From assembly GCA_964016885.1 (NCBI GenBank), contig OZ024751.1:46438001-46502000 (forward strand): a stretch of 64,000 nt of DNA, read 5' to 3'. Both the position numbers and the translations under genes were made by a program. Shown piece by piece: positions 11,873-25,796 of this stretch. This stretch comes from Eledone cirrhosa (Eukaryota). Within the stretch, counting starts at the first letter, position 1, and each line of letters opens with the position of its first letter. Under the pieces are notes generated by a model. The model had not been told where the DNA came from, searched no databases, and was given only the letters and a program-made list of their open reading frames with translations.

Positions 11873-12120
11873 GAGGCACATAGACTAGTGGTAAGGGTGT
11901 TGGACATACGATCATAATGTCGTGGGTTCGATTCCTGGACTCGGTTGTGTGTTGTGTTCTTGAACAAAACACTTCATTCACATTACTCTAGTATACTCAG
12001 CTGAAAATGAATACCAGCAATAGCTGGAGGTTTAACCCTGCGATGGACTGGCGTCCTGTCCACGAAAGCGTCATATACTCTCAGTTGCTTCACGCCGCGA
12101 AACCGGAATAAGCACCATTC
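11873..12120 (+). mobile_element. tRNA-derived SINE, family B
   Basis: A box tagactagtgg, B box gggttcgattcc, body TTAACCCTGCGATGGACTGGCGTCCTGTCC; related copies at 42630-42910 (-) and 35880-36025 (-). Confidence 0.75.
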
Positions 12121-12229
12121 TAACAAACTTTCTGGCTTGAGACAGACTTTTGCCTTTTTAGCCACAATTAATGTTAGTGAAGGAGAGAACGGTTTAGTGG
12201 TTAGGGTTGGGATCGCGATTGTAAGGTGG

Positions 12230-12550
12230 TTTACTGGATCAGGACTAATCTGGGACACCTTTATCATAGCTCTACTGGATCAGGACTAATCTGGGACACC
12301 TTTATCATAGGTCTACTGGATCAACACTAATCTGGGACACCTTTATCATAGGTCTACTGGATCAGGACTAATCTGGGACACCTTTATCATAGCTCTACTG
12401 GAACAGGACTAATGTGGGACACCTTTATCATAGGTTTGCTAGATTAGGACTAATCTGGGAAACCCTTCATCATAGCTCTACTGGATCAGGACTAATTTAG
12501 GACACCTTTATCATAAGTTTACTAAATCAGGTCTGTTTTTGGACATCTTT
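12230..12550. repeat. 41-bp minisatellite, about 8 copies
   Basis: Unit tctactggatcaggactaatctgggacacctttatcatagc, degenerating rightwards. Confidence 0.92.
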
Positions 12551-12627
12551 CTTCATAATTCTTTGGCAAGGAAGATGATTTTAAAATGCTTGCTGTTTTT
12601 GTTGTAAATAAATAAATAAATAAATAA

Positions 12628-12687
<60 letters not shown>

Positions 12688-13197
12688 TGTAGTCCATATA
12701 ACTTAAGTATGTACTTACAATTGTCTATTATATAAACCTGTGTATATATCGTCTGCTCTATATAACGTGACTATCTGAATACACCATTGTGTCTGAATAT
12801 ATATTGGAGTACACACAGACACACATACGTATACACACACGCACACACTCATCTCATTCACATATATATTTGCATGTGTGTGTGTGTGTGAATACGAAGA
12901 TTTCTTTGTATATATATATATATATATGTATATATATACACACATATTTATGTATGTATGTAATATATGTATATATATATATATATATAAAGAAATCTTA
13001 TATATATAAATACATATATATAAAGAAATCTTATATATATATATACATATATATGTGTGCCTGTGTGAGAACCTATATTCCGTGAGAAAGCAGGCATAAA
13101 TGTGTTCAGAGAGCGTAAAAAGAATTATACACAAAAAGAAATATCTAAGGAGAATATAGACGGGTAGATATGTACAGAGAGAGTAGTGTGAGGGGGA

Positions 13198-13252
<55 letters not shown>

Positions 13253-13334
13253 ATAGAAAAAAGAAGAGAAGTGAAAGAATATGTAGTGTTATGAGAAAAG
13301 GATACACGCACACACACACACATATATATATACA

Positions 13335-13434
13335 CACGGTGTCTCCAAAAATATATACACACTTTAACAGCATTCTTATAAATATTACCTGTAGAGGTAA
13401 TCAAAGTGTGTATACATTTTATGGGGACATCGTA
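13335..13434. mobile_element. Short Tc1/mariner-type MITE
   Basis: TIRs cacggtgtctccaaaaatatatacacacttt and aaagtgtgtatacattttatggggacatcg; related shorter copy at 7641-7712. Confidence 0.6.
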
Positions 13435-13635
13435 CGTATTATATTATATTAATGTTAGTGAAGGAGAGAACGGTTTAGTGGTAAAGGGTTGGGTTCGCGA
13501 TTGTAAGGTGGTTTACTGGATAATTGAGTTTGAATTATTTCACATATCTTACGTTAAATATTTTCCATCTTGACGTTATAGTCACTTATATATTATGAAA
13601 TACTGTTGGCTTCTTGGTCATATTAATTTCTCTAT

Positions 13636-13666
<31 letters not shown>

Positions 13667-13670
<4 letters not shown>

Positions 13671-13878
13671 AGTATGTATGTATACGTACATACATATATG
13701 TATACAGACGTACAGTAGCATGCATATATATATATATATATATATGTAAGTATGTATGTATACGTACATACATATATGTATACAGACGTACAGTAGCATG
13801 CATATATATATATATATATATATATGTAAGTATGTATGTATACGTACATACATATATGTATACAGACGTACAGTAGCA

Positions 13879-13914
<36 letters not shown>

Positions 13915-13964
13915 AGTATGTATGTATACGTACATACATATATGTATACAGACGTACAGTAGCA

Positions 13965-13998
<34 letters not shown>

Positions 13999-14205
13999 AG
14001 TATGTATGTATACGTACATACATATATGTATACAGACGTACAGTAGCATGCATATATATATATATATATATATGCATACAGGTACACATATATATACGTA
14101 CATATATATATGTGTACCTGTATGCATATATATATATATATATATATGCATGCTACTGTACGTCTGTATACATATATGTATGTACGTATACATACATACT
14201 TACAT
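13667..14205. repeat. Five tandem ~58-bp units separated by (TA)n, followed by an inverted copy (foldback)
   Basis: Unit tgtaagtatgtatgtatacgtacatacatatatgtatacagacgtacagtagcatgca; reverse complement at 14147-14205; central palindrome 14072-14127. Confidence 0.9.
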
Positions 14206-14375
14206 TTAAGTAAGTGCCGTACTAAGAGTGAGAAATGAAATTTCGTTTCATTATATTACAACTTATATATATATATAAATCAGAATGGAGGCAGTAAAAA
14301 CCAGTTAGACCATTACTCACCAGTGTACTCGATACTTGGGGTACGACAGGAGCTCAGCCGTCGGGGTCGCGAACT

Positions 14376-14411
<36 letters not shown>

Positions 14412-14494
14412 GGTTATACGCCCAAAATACTGCTACACAGTTTTTCCGATGCTCTACTGACTCTACCAACCCACTGCCCTTATAGTGTCAGTTA

Positions 14495-14645
14495 TAATTG
14501 TTTCTATTTTGGGCACAATGATAGCAATTACCCCCAATGAATTACTGGTGCTTATTTTATCGACCCCGTAAGGATGAAAGGCAAAGTTAACGTCGGCGAG
14601 ATTTGAACTCAGACCGTAAAGGGACATAACTCTATGTTGCAAAGC
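14495..14645 (-). mobile_element. Family A SINE (diverged)
   Basis: Reverse complement of the SINE A body. Confidence 0.75.
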
Positions 14646-14764
14646 ATTAACATCTGAATGATACTTTTGTAAGATGTCACGTGGCGTGGGATCAATTCTG
14701 AAATGGTATGATTGCGAATTGAACTCCTTAATCTTAGTCTCATGTTCCGCCCACATTTGCTGAG

Positions 14765-14965
14765 GTCTTCTCATGTCCACAAGAGTGTCAACTACAAAAC
14801 TTGGCGAGATGTCGTTCCACCACAGCTGAACACATTGCTGTCTCTTCTCATTAAATTCTGCCAAGTCCAATGCTGTACAGGGGGTGTTCCAGCAGGGGGC
14901 ATATCAGGAGGTATGGGGTAGTGTGTGGTTCGATGCTGCAGTCACACACAACGTCCCCATCCTTT
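14765..14965. repeat. Unclassified dispersed repeat, second copy at ~15437-15640
   Basis: Shared tgtccacaagagt...gatgtcgttccaccacagctgaacacattgctgtctcttctcattaaattctgcc...gcagtcacacaa; both near (TA)n. Confidence 0.75.
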
Positions 14966-15050
14966 AGAGTAAAGCCACTATATATACACACTATATATAA
15001 TATACCCCACTATATATATATATATATACCACACACTATAAATATATATT

Positions 15051-15154
<104 letters not shown>

Positions 15155-15284
15155 AAGGTTAAACAAGGTTCAATGAATAAATCAAAGAATTAGTTTTACA
15201 ATAGATTGGAAGCACTCAACAGCAACGGTTTTCCATGACTGAACCTTAACCATCTACTATGTCAGGGTATGTCATGCATCATCT

Positions 15285-15351
15285 TATTTTATCTGACGAG
15301 GACGTACTGTTGAAGATAGCTCAGTACCTCTGAAATATGTATAATAAAATA
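15285..15351 (+). ncRNA. Type I hammerhead ribozyme motif, intact core
   Basis: TATTTTAT-CTGACGA-ggacgtactg...cagtacctct-GAAA-TATGTA-TA-ATAAAATA. Confidence 0.8.
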
Positions 15352-15943
15352 TACTTGATCACACGAATGTCTATTTTTGTTAATATTTTGAATTAATATA
15401 TACACTATATATATATATATACAAGAATAAAGGAAAGTCTTCATCTTGTGTCCACAAGAGTATCAGTTACAAAACTTGGCTAGATGTCGTTCCACCACAG
15501 CTGAACACATTGCTGTCTCTTCTCATTAAATTCTGCCGATTCCAATGTTGTGCAGGGGGTGTTCCAGCAGGGGGAATATCAGGAGGTGTGGGTAGTGTGT
15601 GGTTTGATGCCGCAGTCACACAAAACCTCCCGATCCTTTAAATATTCCCATTTTGCCAGATTGGCTTTCGTGCGACCAACGCCAGATCTTAATCTGTTGA
15701 GGTATTTCCACACTGCATGGTTTGTATCTACTCCGGGGGAGCAATGCCTCGCTCACCTTTAGCTCCAGCGTTGCTACCGATGGGAGGTTGTTACGTTTTT
15801 CTTCCCAGCGAGGTAAGAACCGAATATAAGACACAAAGCTGCAGATATCAACAGAAACAACAAAATAGATTGGTCACATGGATTTCACTTTAATTATGTT
15901 TATTATCAATGTTTCTTTAGTAAGGCAGTATATATATACATAC

Positions 15944-16052
<109 letters not shown>

Positions 16053-16131
16053 AATATATATATATATATATATATATACATATGTATATATATATATGTA
16101 TGTAAATATATATATATATATATATATATAC

Positions 16132-16212
<81 letters not shown>

Positions 16213-16374
16213 TATAATATATATATATATATATACATATATATAATATATATATATATATATACATATATATAATATATATATATATATATATACATAC
16301 ATATATATATATATAAATATATAATATATATATATAATATATATATATATACATACACACACACACACACACAC

Positions 16375-16432
<58 letters not shown>

Positions 16433-16964
16433 CACACACACACATATATATATATATCTATATCTCTCTCTCTCTCTCTATATATATATATAGATATAGA
16501 TATATATACACACACATATATATATAGCAATGGCAGTGACTGGGGTGAGGTGAAAGGTGTAATCTCATGCACAGTATTGAGGGAAAGCTGGAAGTTTCGC
16601 AAATGTCTGAATATTTTTATCTTGGTCTCAAGTTATTTCAAAATGTTTTATGTATATGTATATATATATATACATATGTATATATATATATACATATGTA
16701 TTTATATATCTACATATGTATATATATATATACATACGGTATGATACCCGATTTTCTAAGCTATTATTTATAGCCATCGACTGTTTTTAGTCATTCTTTT
16801 GCGTTTGGGATTCCCACATTTTCAAACAACAACAAAGTACAACAACAATATAAATATAATATTAATAGAATAACAACATATTGTGCGAAGAAATCAAATA
16901 CCGCAAGGTATTTTGACCGAAGCTCTACCGATTCTGTTGGTCACTCGCCTTATAGTGCTAGTAA

Positions 16965-17310
16965 TAAATGTTTCTACTTTTGGCACAAGGCCAGCAATTA
17001 CTCTAGTGCATTACTGGTACTTTATTTTATCGACCCCGTAAGGATGAAAGGCAAAGTTAACCTCGGCGGGATTTGAACTCAGAACGTAAAGGGCCATAGC
17101 TCTATACCGTAAAGCATGGCGTCTGACCTTCTACCGATACTGCCAATCGACCGTAATAATGGAATAAGGTCAACAATTTTGGGGACAGGGATAAGTCGAT
17201 TAAATCGACCCCAGTGCGATACTGGTACTTTATTTCATCGACCCCGTAAGGATGAAAGGCAAAGGTAACCTCGGCGGGATTTGAACTCAGAACGTAAAGG
17301 GACGTCACTT
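16965..17310 (-). mobile_element. Two adjacent family A SINEs
   Basis: Two reverse copies of the SINE A body with different 3' tails. Confidence 0.8.
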
Positions 17311-18181
17311 TATGATATCTAACACCAGTATTTATAAATAACAACAACAACAGTAATATCAACAATAATAACAAAAACAGCAGCAGCAATAACAATGAAA
17401 ATTAGAATAATAACAACGATAACATATTGAAAAAATGTGACAAAATATTTAACAAGTCAAAGCAATGCCCCAGCATGACCGCAGTCGAATGGCTGAAACC
17501 AATAAAAGAATAAAAAGCCTTTTATGTCCCGAACTTTCGCAAGCAAATATCCGAAACAGAAACTTGAGGGTTGAAACATATGTCTGAATTTGTAGCTCCT
17601 TCTCATTATCCCCACCACCACCACCACCACCACCTCTACCACCACCTCTACCATCATCACCACGTGATGAACAGTCCATGTGAAGGAGTGACATTTTCAG
17701 CCGGTCAATAATTTTTTTTTTTTTTAATAATTTATGTCTTGGCAAGAATGAAGAAGCGGGGGGTGGGGGGAGCAGCTTGTGAGATATTTTGTTGCGGATC
17801 CCCATAAACTGATAGGAAGAAAGAAATGAAGATATTGATATCATTAGACTGCATATTATCTGCTTCGAATGTTCATAATAGACCGAACTCTGCTGGCTGC
17901 AGGCATCTGATTATACCGAAAGTGGTTGGTGTTTAGCAAGGCCGGATTAAAAGTTAGTGAGGACTTAAGTTGTATAAAGCTTGGAAGCCACTCTTCGAAA
18001 AGCAGAAGAAGAAAAAAATACACCGGAAGGTTTCACAAAAAAAAAATGAAAACATGTATGTCTTTTGATTATTCTGAGGCTCCTATTTTTTACTTGAGGT
18101 CCTTAGCAAACACATATTTAGCTTAATGGTTAAATCTAGCGCTGGTGTTAAATTGTGGTGGATGAAATTTAGGGTGTTGTC

Positions 18182-18421
18182 TCAAACATTCGGATTCTGC
18201 ACAGCTATCGGCTCTTCTGGAACCTTGTTTATGTTCAACTCCTGGAATTCGATCCTATTACACTGTTCTCGCTCTACGTTTGTTCGAACTCGGCAACATT
18301 TAAACGTGTAACGCAGCTGTTCAAACGTATCTCTCACTCGATTGTTAGTCGAACTTTTCTCCCAAAATGGCGTCTTACCTCCGTCATCCCAGGTGTTTGT
18401 TAGCGATTCCTTAGATGCCAT
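18182..18421 (-). CDS. Candidate 79-aa orphan ORF
   Basis: ATG at 18421; MASKESLTNTWDDGGKTPFWEKSSTNNRVRDTFEQLRYTFKCCRVRTNVEREQCNRIEFQELNINKVPEEPIAVQNPNV*; non-repetitive and protein-like; no recognised homologue. Confidence 0.35.
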   Translation of the reverse strand: MASKESLTNTWDDGGKTPFWEKSSTNNRVRDTFEQLRYTFKCCRVRTNVEREQCNRIEFQELNINKVPEEPIAVQNPNV

Positions 18422-18598
18422 CCGGGTTACCACAAATACTGTCCCGTTGTTGTTGTTGGTGGTGGTGGTTATTTTCTCTTCTTCCTCTTTCTCTCTTTGT
18501 GTAGTTTCCACTTTCTTTCGTCTCTTTATGTGTGTGTGTGGCGTGTGTAGCTATACCAGTGACACGAGGGCGAGTAGTTTCGTGCTTAACGGTAGATA

Positions 18599-18688
<90 letters not shown>

Positions 18689-18741
18689 TAAGAGATATAA
18701 CTGTGTGATATAACTGTGTGAATATTAGTCAAGATTATCAG

Positions 18742-18779
<38 letters not shown>

Positions 18780-20121
18780 CACAAAATTCTCCAACAAGCA
18801 GACGACTTCAATTCCGCTTCGTTTCTCTCGTTGTCTTCCTTTTCTCAGTATATTCCTATTATGTTATATCCTTTGCTCTAAGCGCTTAACACTTATTATA
18901 CCAGTCAACAACACTGTGATGATTGCTTGCTTCCTTGCTTCCTTCCTCACTTCTTCATTCGGATACTATGAAGCGACCGAAATAAACCGTCCATCACTGT
19001 GTAAAGTTGTCAACTAGCTTACTTGGACGTCTGCTGCAGAAGCTTCTTGCTGCTTGTTGCTTGCTGCTTGAATTCTGCAATATTTTCTTTCCATATATAA
19101 CAACAATAATAATAATAAACACGATACATTTCTGAACGTTTAAATTTAGAGAGAAAAAAGTGTCATGGTGGAAAGAGACAATATAAAAAAAAAAAAAAAA
19201 ATTAAAGAAAGAAAGAGAAAATGGCGTGAACCATCTTGTGTATGTATGTGTCATTTATTGGGAGTTATTGGACGTTAGATGGTGTGACATTCTGTTGCAT
19301 ATTCATAACGCACGCATAAATAATTATACGTCTATATACATACATACGCGCGCGTGCATATATACACATAGACATACATGCATACAAACACATACATACA
19401 TACACGCACGCACATATATATGCATATATGCATATGTACTTGTAAATCTATATGTGAGTATGTATGTATGCATGTATGTATGCATACATTTATGTTTATA
19501 TATATGCAGTTATTAGTTATTAGTCAATAGTTGTTGGCATTACTGTTTATATATATATATATATACACACGCACACACATATATACATAAATAGATAAAT
19601 AAATAAACAACTATATATATATATATACATGTTACTAGAAAAAATTGTAAGAACATGTGGTATAATATTATATCGATTTTTCTGCAATGTATATTAAGTT
19701 GATGTCGTTGTTGCTAAATGGAGAAGATGAAGATAAATGGTGATGTTGACGTCTTTTTTTACATCTGCGCTGCTCTGTATGTTGCTGAGTGTGTCAGACA
19801 ACCACGGAGAATAATTATACAAAGTATTATTAGTTTAACGCTTGTGAGAAAAGGAAAAAACGAATTTCTCGGCGTATCGGACGCAGATAGTAAGTGGGTG
19901 TAGGGTATGTAGTGTCACAGTAGGGAAATACTGACGAGAAGAATAGGGGTGACGCAATGAGGCCATGGTGGGTGAAGGTTTGGAGACAGAGGATGCGTGC
20001 TGTTCTCTTTGGAGGTGCAAGTCCGGGTGGGTTATAGTATTGGGAATGAAACGGCACGTATGACAGCGGGGTGTGAGCAACACACGCACGCACACACACA
20101 CATATATATGTATATATAAGC

Positions 20122-20265
<144 letters not shown>

Positions 20266-20284
20266 ATATATATATATATATATG

Positions 20285-20357
<73 letters not shown>

Positions 20358-20360
20358 AAA

Positions 20361-20556
20361 AGAGTCAGCACCCCGACGGCTGAGCTCCGGCCGTTTCCAC
20401 AGCTAGATCCGAACAGTTCAGATATAGCTGTCGAAACGGCCGGAGCTCAGCCGTCGGGGTCCTGACTATTTTTCAATTACCCACTCTACTACCCTAAGTA
20501 TCGAGTATTCTGGTACGTTGTTGTCCACCTGGTATCTTACCACACCTTCTCTGTTA
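20361..20556. mobile_element. Short (TA)n-embedded element with hammerhead 3' half and inverted end (HHR family B)
   Basis: Hairpin 20361-20467 containing GAAA-cggccggagctcagccg-TC; relatives at 14315-14375, 26790-26983, 36254-36398, 37497-37690 and 52962-53105. Confidence 0.7.
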
Positions 20557-20574
20557 TATATATATATATATAGT

Positions 20575-21010
20575 AGCCCATCCTTCAATGAGGCAATCCT
20601 CGTGGTGTGGCATCGTTGGATTGCTTCTAGTTCTGCAGTTAACTTAACGATGTGTGCTGACCATATCTGGGAGCAATGTAGCAACATAGCAGTATGCCAG
20701 AAGGCTGAGAAGAAACATTCTCCACGGGGTCAAATAATAAATTCCTCGTCCCTCATTTTGAATGATATCAGAATCTACCCGACCTGTTGTCTACACAATG
20801 TAGATATCTTAGTACAATATGCACGAAACAACATCTCATTAACATATCGATATCCACGCCACGCACTGATTGTTACTCTGGAATTTCTGTCGCTACAAAT
20901 CGTGTATATCTTGGCTGCAATGTGGTAGTGTTTGTGACCTGATAGTGGAGGGCCTGACATATTCTTGTCTTAAATAGTCGGTTGCTGTCATCAACCCACT
21001 TGTGTATTGC
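20575..21010 (-). mobile_element. Degenerate CR1-clade LINE RT fragment
   Basis: LHCSQIWSAHIVKLTAELEAIQRCHTTRI matches the CR1 LxYCxxxWxP...LExVQRRxTKxI motif. Confidence 0.65.
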
Positions 21011-21985
21011 ATGGTTGATGGAGCTGGGGTAGGGTGGTGGTGTTGATTTGAAAATGTGTCACCTTGACTACATGGACGCAGCATGGCCGAACAGTTAAAA
21101 CGTTCGCTTCGCAATCATGAAGTTACGGGTTCGATCTCACTACGTGGTATCTTAGGCTTTTACAATTGTTTCATGTCAATCAAAGACTTGGGAGTTAAAT
21201 TGTGTTGATAGAAACTGTGTTGAAGCTCGCCAGATGGACTCTAACTGCAATTCAAAGGGTCATCCTTGTTACACGGTAACTGGGATTAAAAGGTTCATCC
21301 TAGTCACACACAGCGTCACACTAACTAATTCAATGAATCAGCCACGTCACACCCTCTGTCACACTGTAACTGTAATTCAATGAATCAGACCGGTCACACA
21401 TGGTGTCACGATGTTTTTTTATCTCGTGAATTATATTAACTCTTTCGTCATTATATTTCTACTGAACAAAGATTTGCCTGTGGTTTGCAAATAATTAAGA
21501 AAATAATCAAGACTTTGGAGAGACTCGGTAATACAACTAGACTTATCATTATTAATAAGGTGTTTGAAGCATAACATAACAAATGTTCTTTCATAAAATG
21601 ATGACGGAGGGTTTTTAAATAAATATAACCACCTTAAAATATGCAGTTTTGTATCGTAGAACCAGGAGAAGTTTCAATCGGTTCGGTATAAAAAAAAAGT
21701 TAAGGGTGCACGTTTCTGTAGATCACCCAGCTACATACACGTTACAACTGGGACATCATCGCTGAAACAGATGGAGGTCCACACTTTAACTACGGACATA
21801 AACACAGTATCGGTAACCATGGGAACCAGTCTAATCTTCTGTCACATACCGTGACTGTCATCTAGACCAGTGGTCGCCAACCTTTCTAAAACCGAGGAAC
21901 CCTCTAAATATTTTGAATTCTTCACGGAACCTATACAATACAAAACTTTTCAAAAAAAAAAAAAGTATTTATTTATTTTAGTGTT

Positions 21986-24005
21986 TCATGCGTGTGTATG
22001 TAATCGAACACAATGGCTTTTCTGCTGCTGCGCCTCATCAGTGAGTTTAGAAAATCGAGGTTCAACACTAGTTAATGCCAGTCTCATACACTCGTCAATT
22101 GCTGACAGTTTATTCCTCTTCTTTGTGCAGATTTCCACCAACTGCGAAAACCCTTTTTTGCACAAATAGCTAGATGGGAATAAAGTCAAATACTTCAATG
22201 CAAGTTGGCTGATTTCATTAAACTCCCCAATCAAGAATAAGTCGATCCATAGTTCTTTCTTTCTGCTTTCGAATATCACTTTCAGGTCTTCGTTTGAATT
22301 CAAATCCATCAACTGATGTAAGCATTGGGCAGGTAGTAAATTTTTACAATTTCCAGCGTCATTTTCTGACACTAACTGCTCGATCTCGGTGAACGGGTTT
22401 TTTATCCATAAATTTCCGCTAACAATATCTTTTTCCATCAAGTCAAAATAATCTGAAAAACCTGTGGAAAGCACATTTAAATGAGAAAGAATAATCTTCT
22501 TTAGATTGCTGGAGTCAAAATTTTCTCTCTTTTTAAGCTCTATTTCAAGGTTTGAAAGTAATTGTCCGATTCAATTCGTTTTATAAAGATGTTTAATTTT
22601 GATTGAAAATATGTAATAAAATTGATTGAAGTAAAAATATCTGCATTGTTACCCTGAAGACACTTATTTAGTTTGTTCAGTTCACCAAAAATGTCTACTA
22701 AATAAGCGAGTTGCACATTCCATTCATTGGTTTCTAATACACTTGCTCTTTCATCATTCTGTTTTTTTAGAAAAACTATTATTTCTTCTCTCAGTTCAAA
22801 AACTCTCTTCATAGCATCCCCAAAAGACAGCCAACGCACATCATTGTTCAATAACAATCTATTATAATTACTTCAAGAAGATTCACAAATAGATTCAAAC
22901 ATTCTAGAATTTTTTGCTCTTGCATGGATCAAATTGATAATTTTGACAATGTCTTTCAGCTGGTCATTTAATATTTGAGCATCTCTGTCTTTGAATTTTT
23001 TTAACACAAAACCTCTCGATGAATCATACAATGATTTGAAATACAATTTGGGGTCTGTTCTTTAATTTTTGCAATCAAACCAGAATTTTTACCAGTCATT
23101 GCAGCTGCTCCATCTGTTGTTATTGAAGTCAACTTGCTCCAAGATACACCATTTTTTAAAAAAATACTCTTCAATTTTATTGAATATATCTTGACCTTTA
23201 GTTGTGATGTCTAATGCCAGACAAAACAAATACTCTTCTACTAATTCTTTTTTATCAAGGTCTACAAACCGTACATAGCAAATTAATTGAGCCTTGTTAT
23301 TAATTGTTTCTACTTTAGGCACAAGGCCAGCAATTACCCAGTGCATTACTGGTACTTTATTTTATCGACCCCGTAAGGATGAAAGGCAAAGTCAACCTTG
23401 TTATTAATATCCGTAGTTTCGTCCACTTGCAGTCCAAAACATGGGCTTTTCTTTAGTGCAGTTAGTGTCTGATTTTCTATATCAGAAGAAATATCAATTA
23501 TCCCTCTTTTTACGGTATTTGCTGACAATGGTAACTGGCTTAATTTTTCTTTGTCCTTAATACTGCAGCTTTCAAAAAGATTCTCTGTAGCAATTTTTAT
23601 ACTTGGCAGAATTAACTGTTCTCTTAATGTAAATGGTTTCTTGTTTTTACCAATCAAATGTGAAATCTCAAAAGATGTTCTTGTCAAGGCTTTATTTCTA
23701 TCTGACTTTTTACAAAACAAGTCATACATATTAGCTTGTGATTTTTTTATGTTGTTTTTCAGCGAAGTAAAGTATTCCAGTGACTTGTTTTTATCATTGG
23801 TGTGATTAGTATCAATGTGTCTTTTAAGTTTTGCAGGATTTAAACAGCTATTTGATAGAACTTTTGAACATAGCAAACACATGGGCTGATCTGGTGTATC
23901 ATTTTTAGTGTCAGCTTTTTGAAATCCATATCTAACATAATCATCACACCACTGTCTAACCTTACTGCTGGTATCTAACTTCAGCTTCTTTGCAGTAGAC
24001 ATCAT
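21986..24005 (-). pseudogene. Disrupted Buster-type hAT transposase (ZBED5/SCAND3-like)
   Basis: BED finger PMCLLCSKVLSNSCLNPAKLKRHIDTNH, LSANTVKR, LQVDETTDI, VRWLS, LAYLVDIF, FPSSYLCKKGFS; broken by frameshifts and a SINE. Confidence 0.92.
23305..23395 (-). mobile_element. 5'-truncated family A SINE inserted in the transposase
   Basis: 13-bp TSD ccttgttattaat at 23292-23304 and 23396-23408. Confidence 0.9.
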
Positions 24006-25647
24006 ATCAATGTTATTTATCTACAGTTAACATTTTTAATATGACATTAATAAACAAGAGAAATTAACAGTTTTTTTAATTACAAAAAGTACTTAAATTA
24101 ACTTTAATTTTAGATATTTAGAAAAACTTAACTAGTTAAAAAAAAATTTTAATTTAAAAAAATTGAAATTTCTCCATTTTAGGATGGCAAACATATTATA
24201 TAAAGTCTTATAATAATATTAAAATATTAGGGGTTACTGAAAAAGGTGCAAATTTATGAACAACTAGAAGAAATTTTTTTCAGAGTCCAGCACTTCCTGC
24301 ATATACTACTTTAGGGTCGTATTAAATATTATGGGCAATATTTCATCAAATGAATACATAATTGTGTGGCAAAGTTTATAGTGTATGCATGGAATACAAA
24401 ATTACCTTTGTTAGTAGTCAAAACTTTACAGGCGTTATATTTTCTGTGCAAAGTACAACAGAATGTAACGTATTCTTATTTAGAATTGTCTGTGGAACTG
24501 GATGCATGTTGAAAACGACTAGTAAGCGAGTTCACTCAGTGAGGAAACTTTAGACGACTTTAAAGCTTTTGTGAGGGCAGCAGATTAAAACGTGTTCTCT
24601 ATTGAAAACATTCTACTGAACTTACGTTGTGAGAACAGCGAACTGACCCTGCCTCTTGGCTGAGAGACCTCGCTGAACTGAAGTTTTCAGTTTAAAGTTA
24701 TGCTGTCATCGACCAACATTTACTTGTTCGTGATTGGTCAATTTCTAAGTTCAATTAGTGTATTATCAGTAGTAGTCAAATTCTCGGAATTCAGAAAACT
24801 ATGTCTTTCCAAGAATTGATGTGAAATTGAAAGTATTCAATTTACACGAATCTCAGAACAGTGTTTTTCTGCTAATTCAAGTGAAAAACTGAAAGTAGTG
24901 TTTTCCACGAATTGGAGTGGAGAACCCGTGTACACTACAATAGTACTTGTTCATTTATACATTGCACCTTTGGCATTTTCTTTGCACCTTATTCAGAAAA
25001 CCCAAAATATTAATGGTAATGTAAATATTTATTTTTTTAAGGAACCCGGAGTTTGTTTTACGGAACTCCAAGGTTCCGCGGAACCCATGTTGGCGACCAC
25101 TGATCTAGACAATTTTTTACTGTTTATTCAGAAAGGAGTCGTTAGAACGTCGGATAGAATGCTTTGTGGTATTCGTTACGGTTCTCTGCTCGCTGAGTTC
25201 AAATCCCACCAAGGTCATCATTGCCTGTCATCCTTTCGAGGTCGATAAAAAAAGTACCAGTCTAGTACTGGGGTCAATTGTTCCTCTATATCTCTTTCTC
25301 ACTTCCTCTCTCTCACTCTTTCTTTCCTTCTATGAAAGAAATCTGCTGTGTTCAGACATGGAGAAGAGATTTGCTCCGCCAAACTTAAAATGCCCAAGAA
25401 ACACCGTTTACTACTTCAGTGCTCCAACGACTCCCCCAGGAGTTACGGAAACATACCATATGTCTCTCTCTCTATACTATATGTAGACATATAGTACATA
25501 TTTGTATACATACACATACACACACAAAAACATCATCAACAGCAATAACAATGACAATAACAACGATAATAACAGTAACGACAACAACACTAACGACAAT
25601 AACAACAACAACATTGGCGACGACAACAATAACGACAATAACAACAA

Positions 25648-25796
25648 TAACTGGTTCTACTTTTGGCACAAGGCCAGAAATTATCCCAGCGTATTACTGG
25701 TACTTTATTTTATCGACCCCGTAAAGATGAAAGGCAAGGGCCGTAACTCTATGCGTCAAAGTATGGCGTCCGACCCTCTACCGATACTGCCAATCT
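25648..25796 (-). mobile_element. Family A SINE with internal deletion
   Basis: Reverse SINE A lacking the B-box segment. Confidence 0.75.

Larger units (their letters stand above)
21868..25102 (-). mobile_element. Full-length hAT (Buster/Charlie-type) DNA transposon
   Basis: 14-bp perfect TIRs CAGTGGTCGCCAAC / GTTGGCGACCACTG; perfect 8-bp TSD ATCTAGAC (21860-21867, 25103-25110) fitting NNNTANNN. Confidence 0.95.

Noticed and set aside
11873-11945. tRNA gene
   Set aside because: A/B boxes run straight into a SINE body; no convincing cloverleaf. The same applies to the other SINE heads.
25345-25462. Possible + strand exon after a pyrimidine tract
   Set aside because: No good donor, no recognisable homology, no partner exons.
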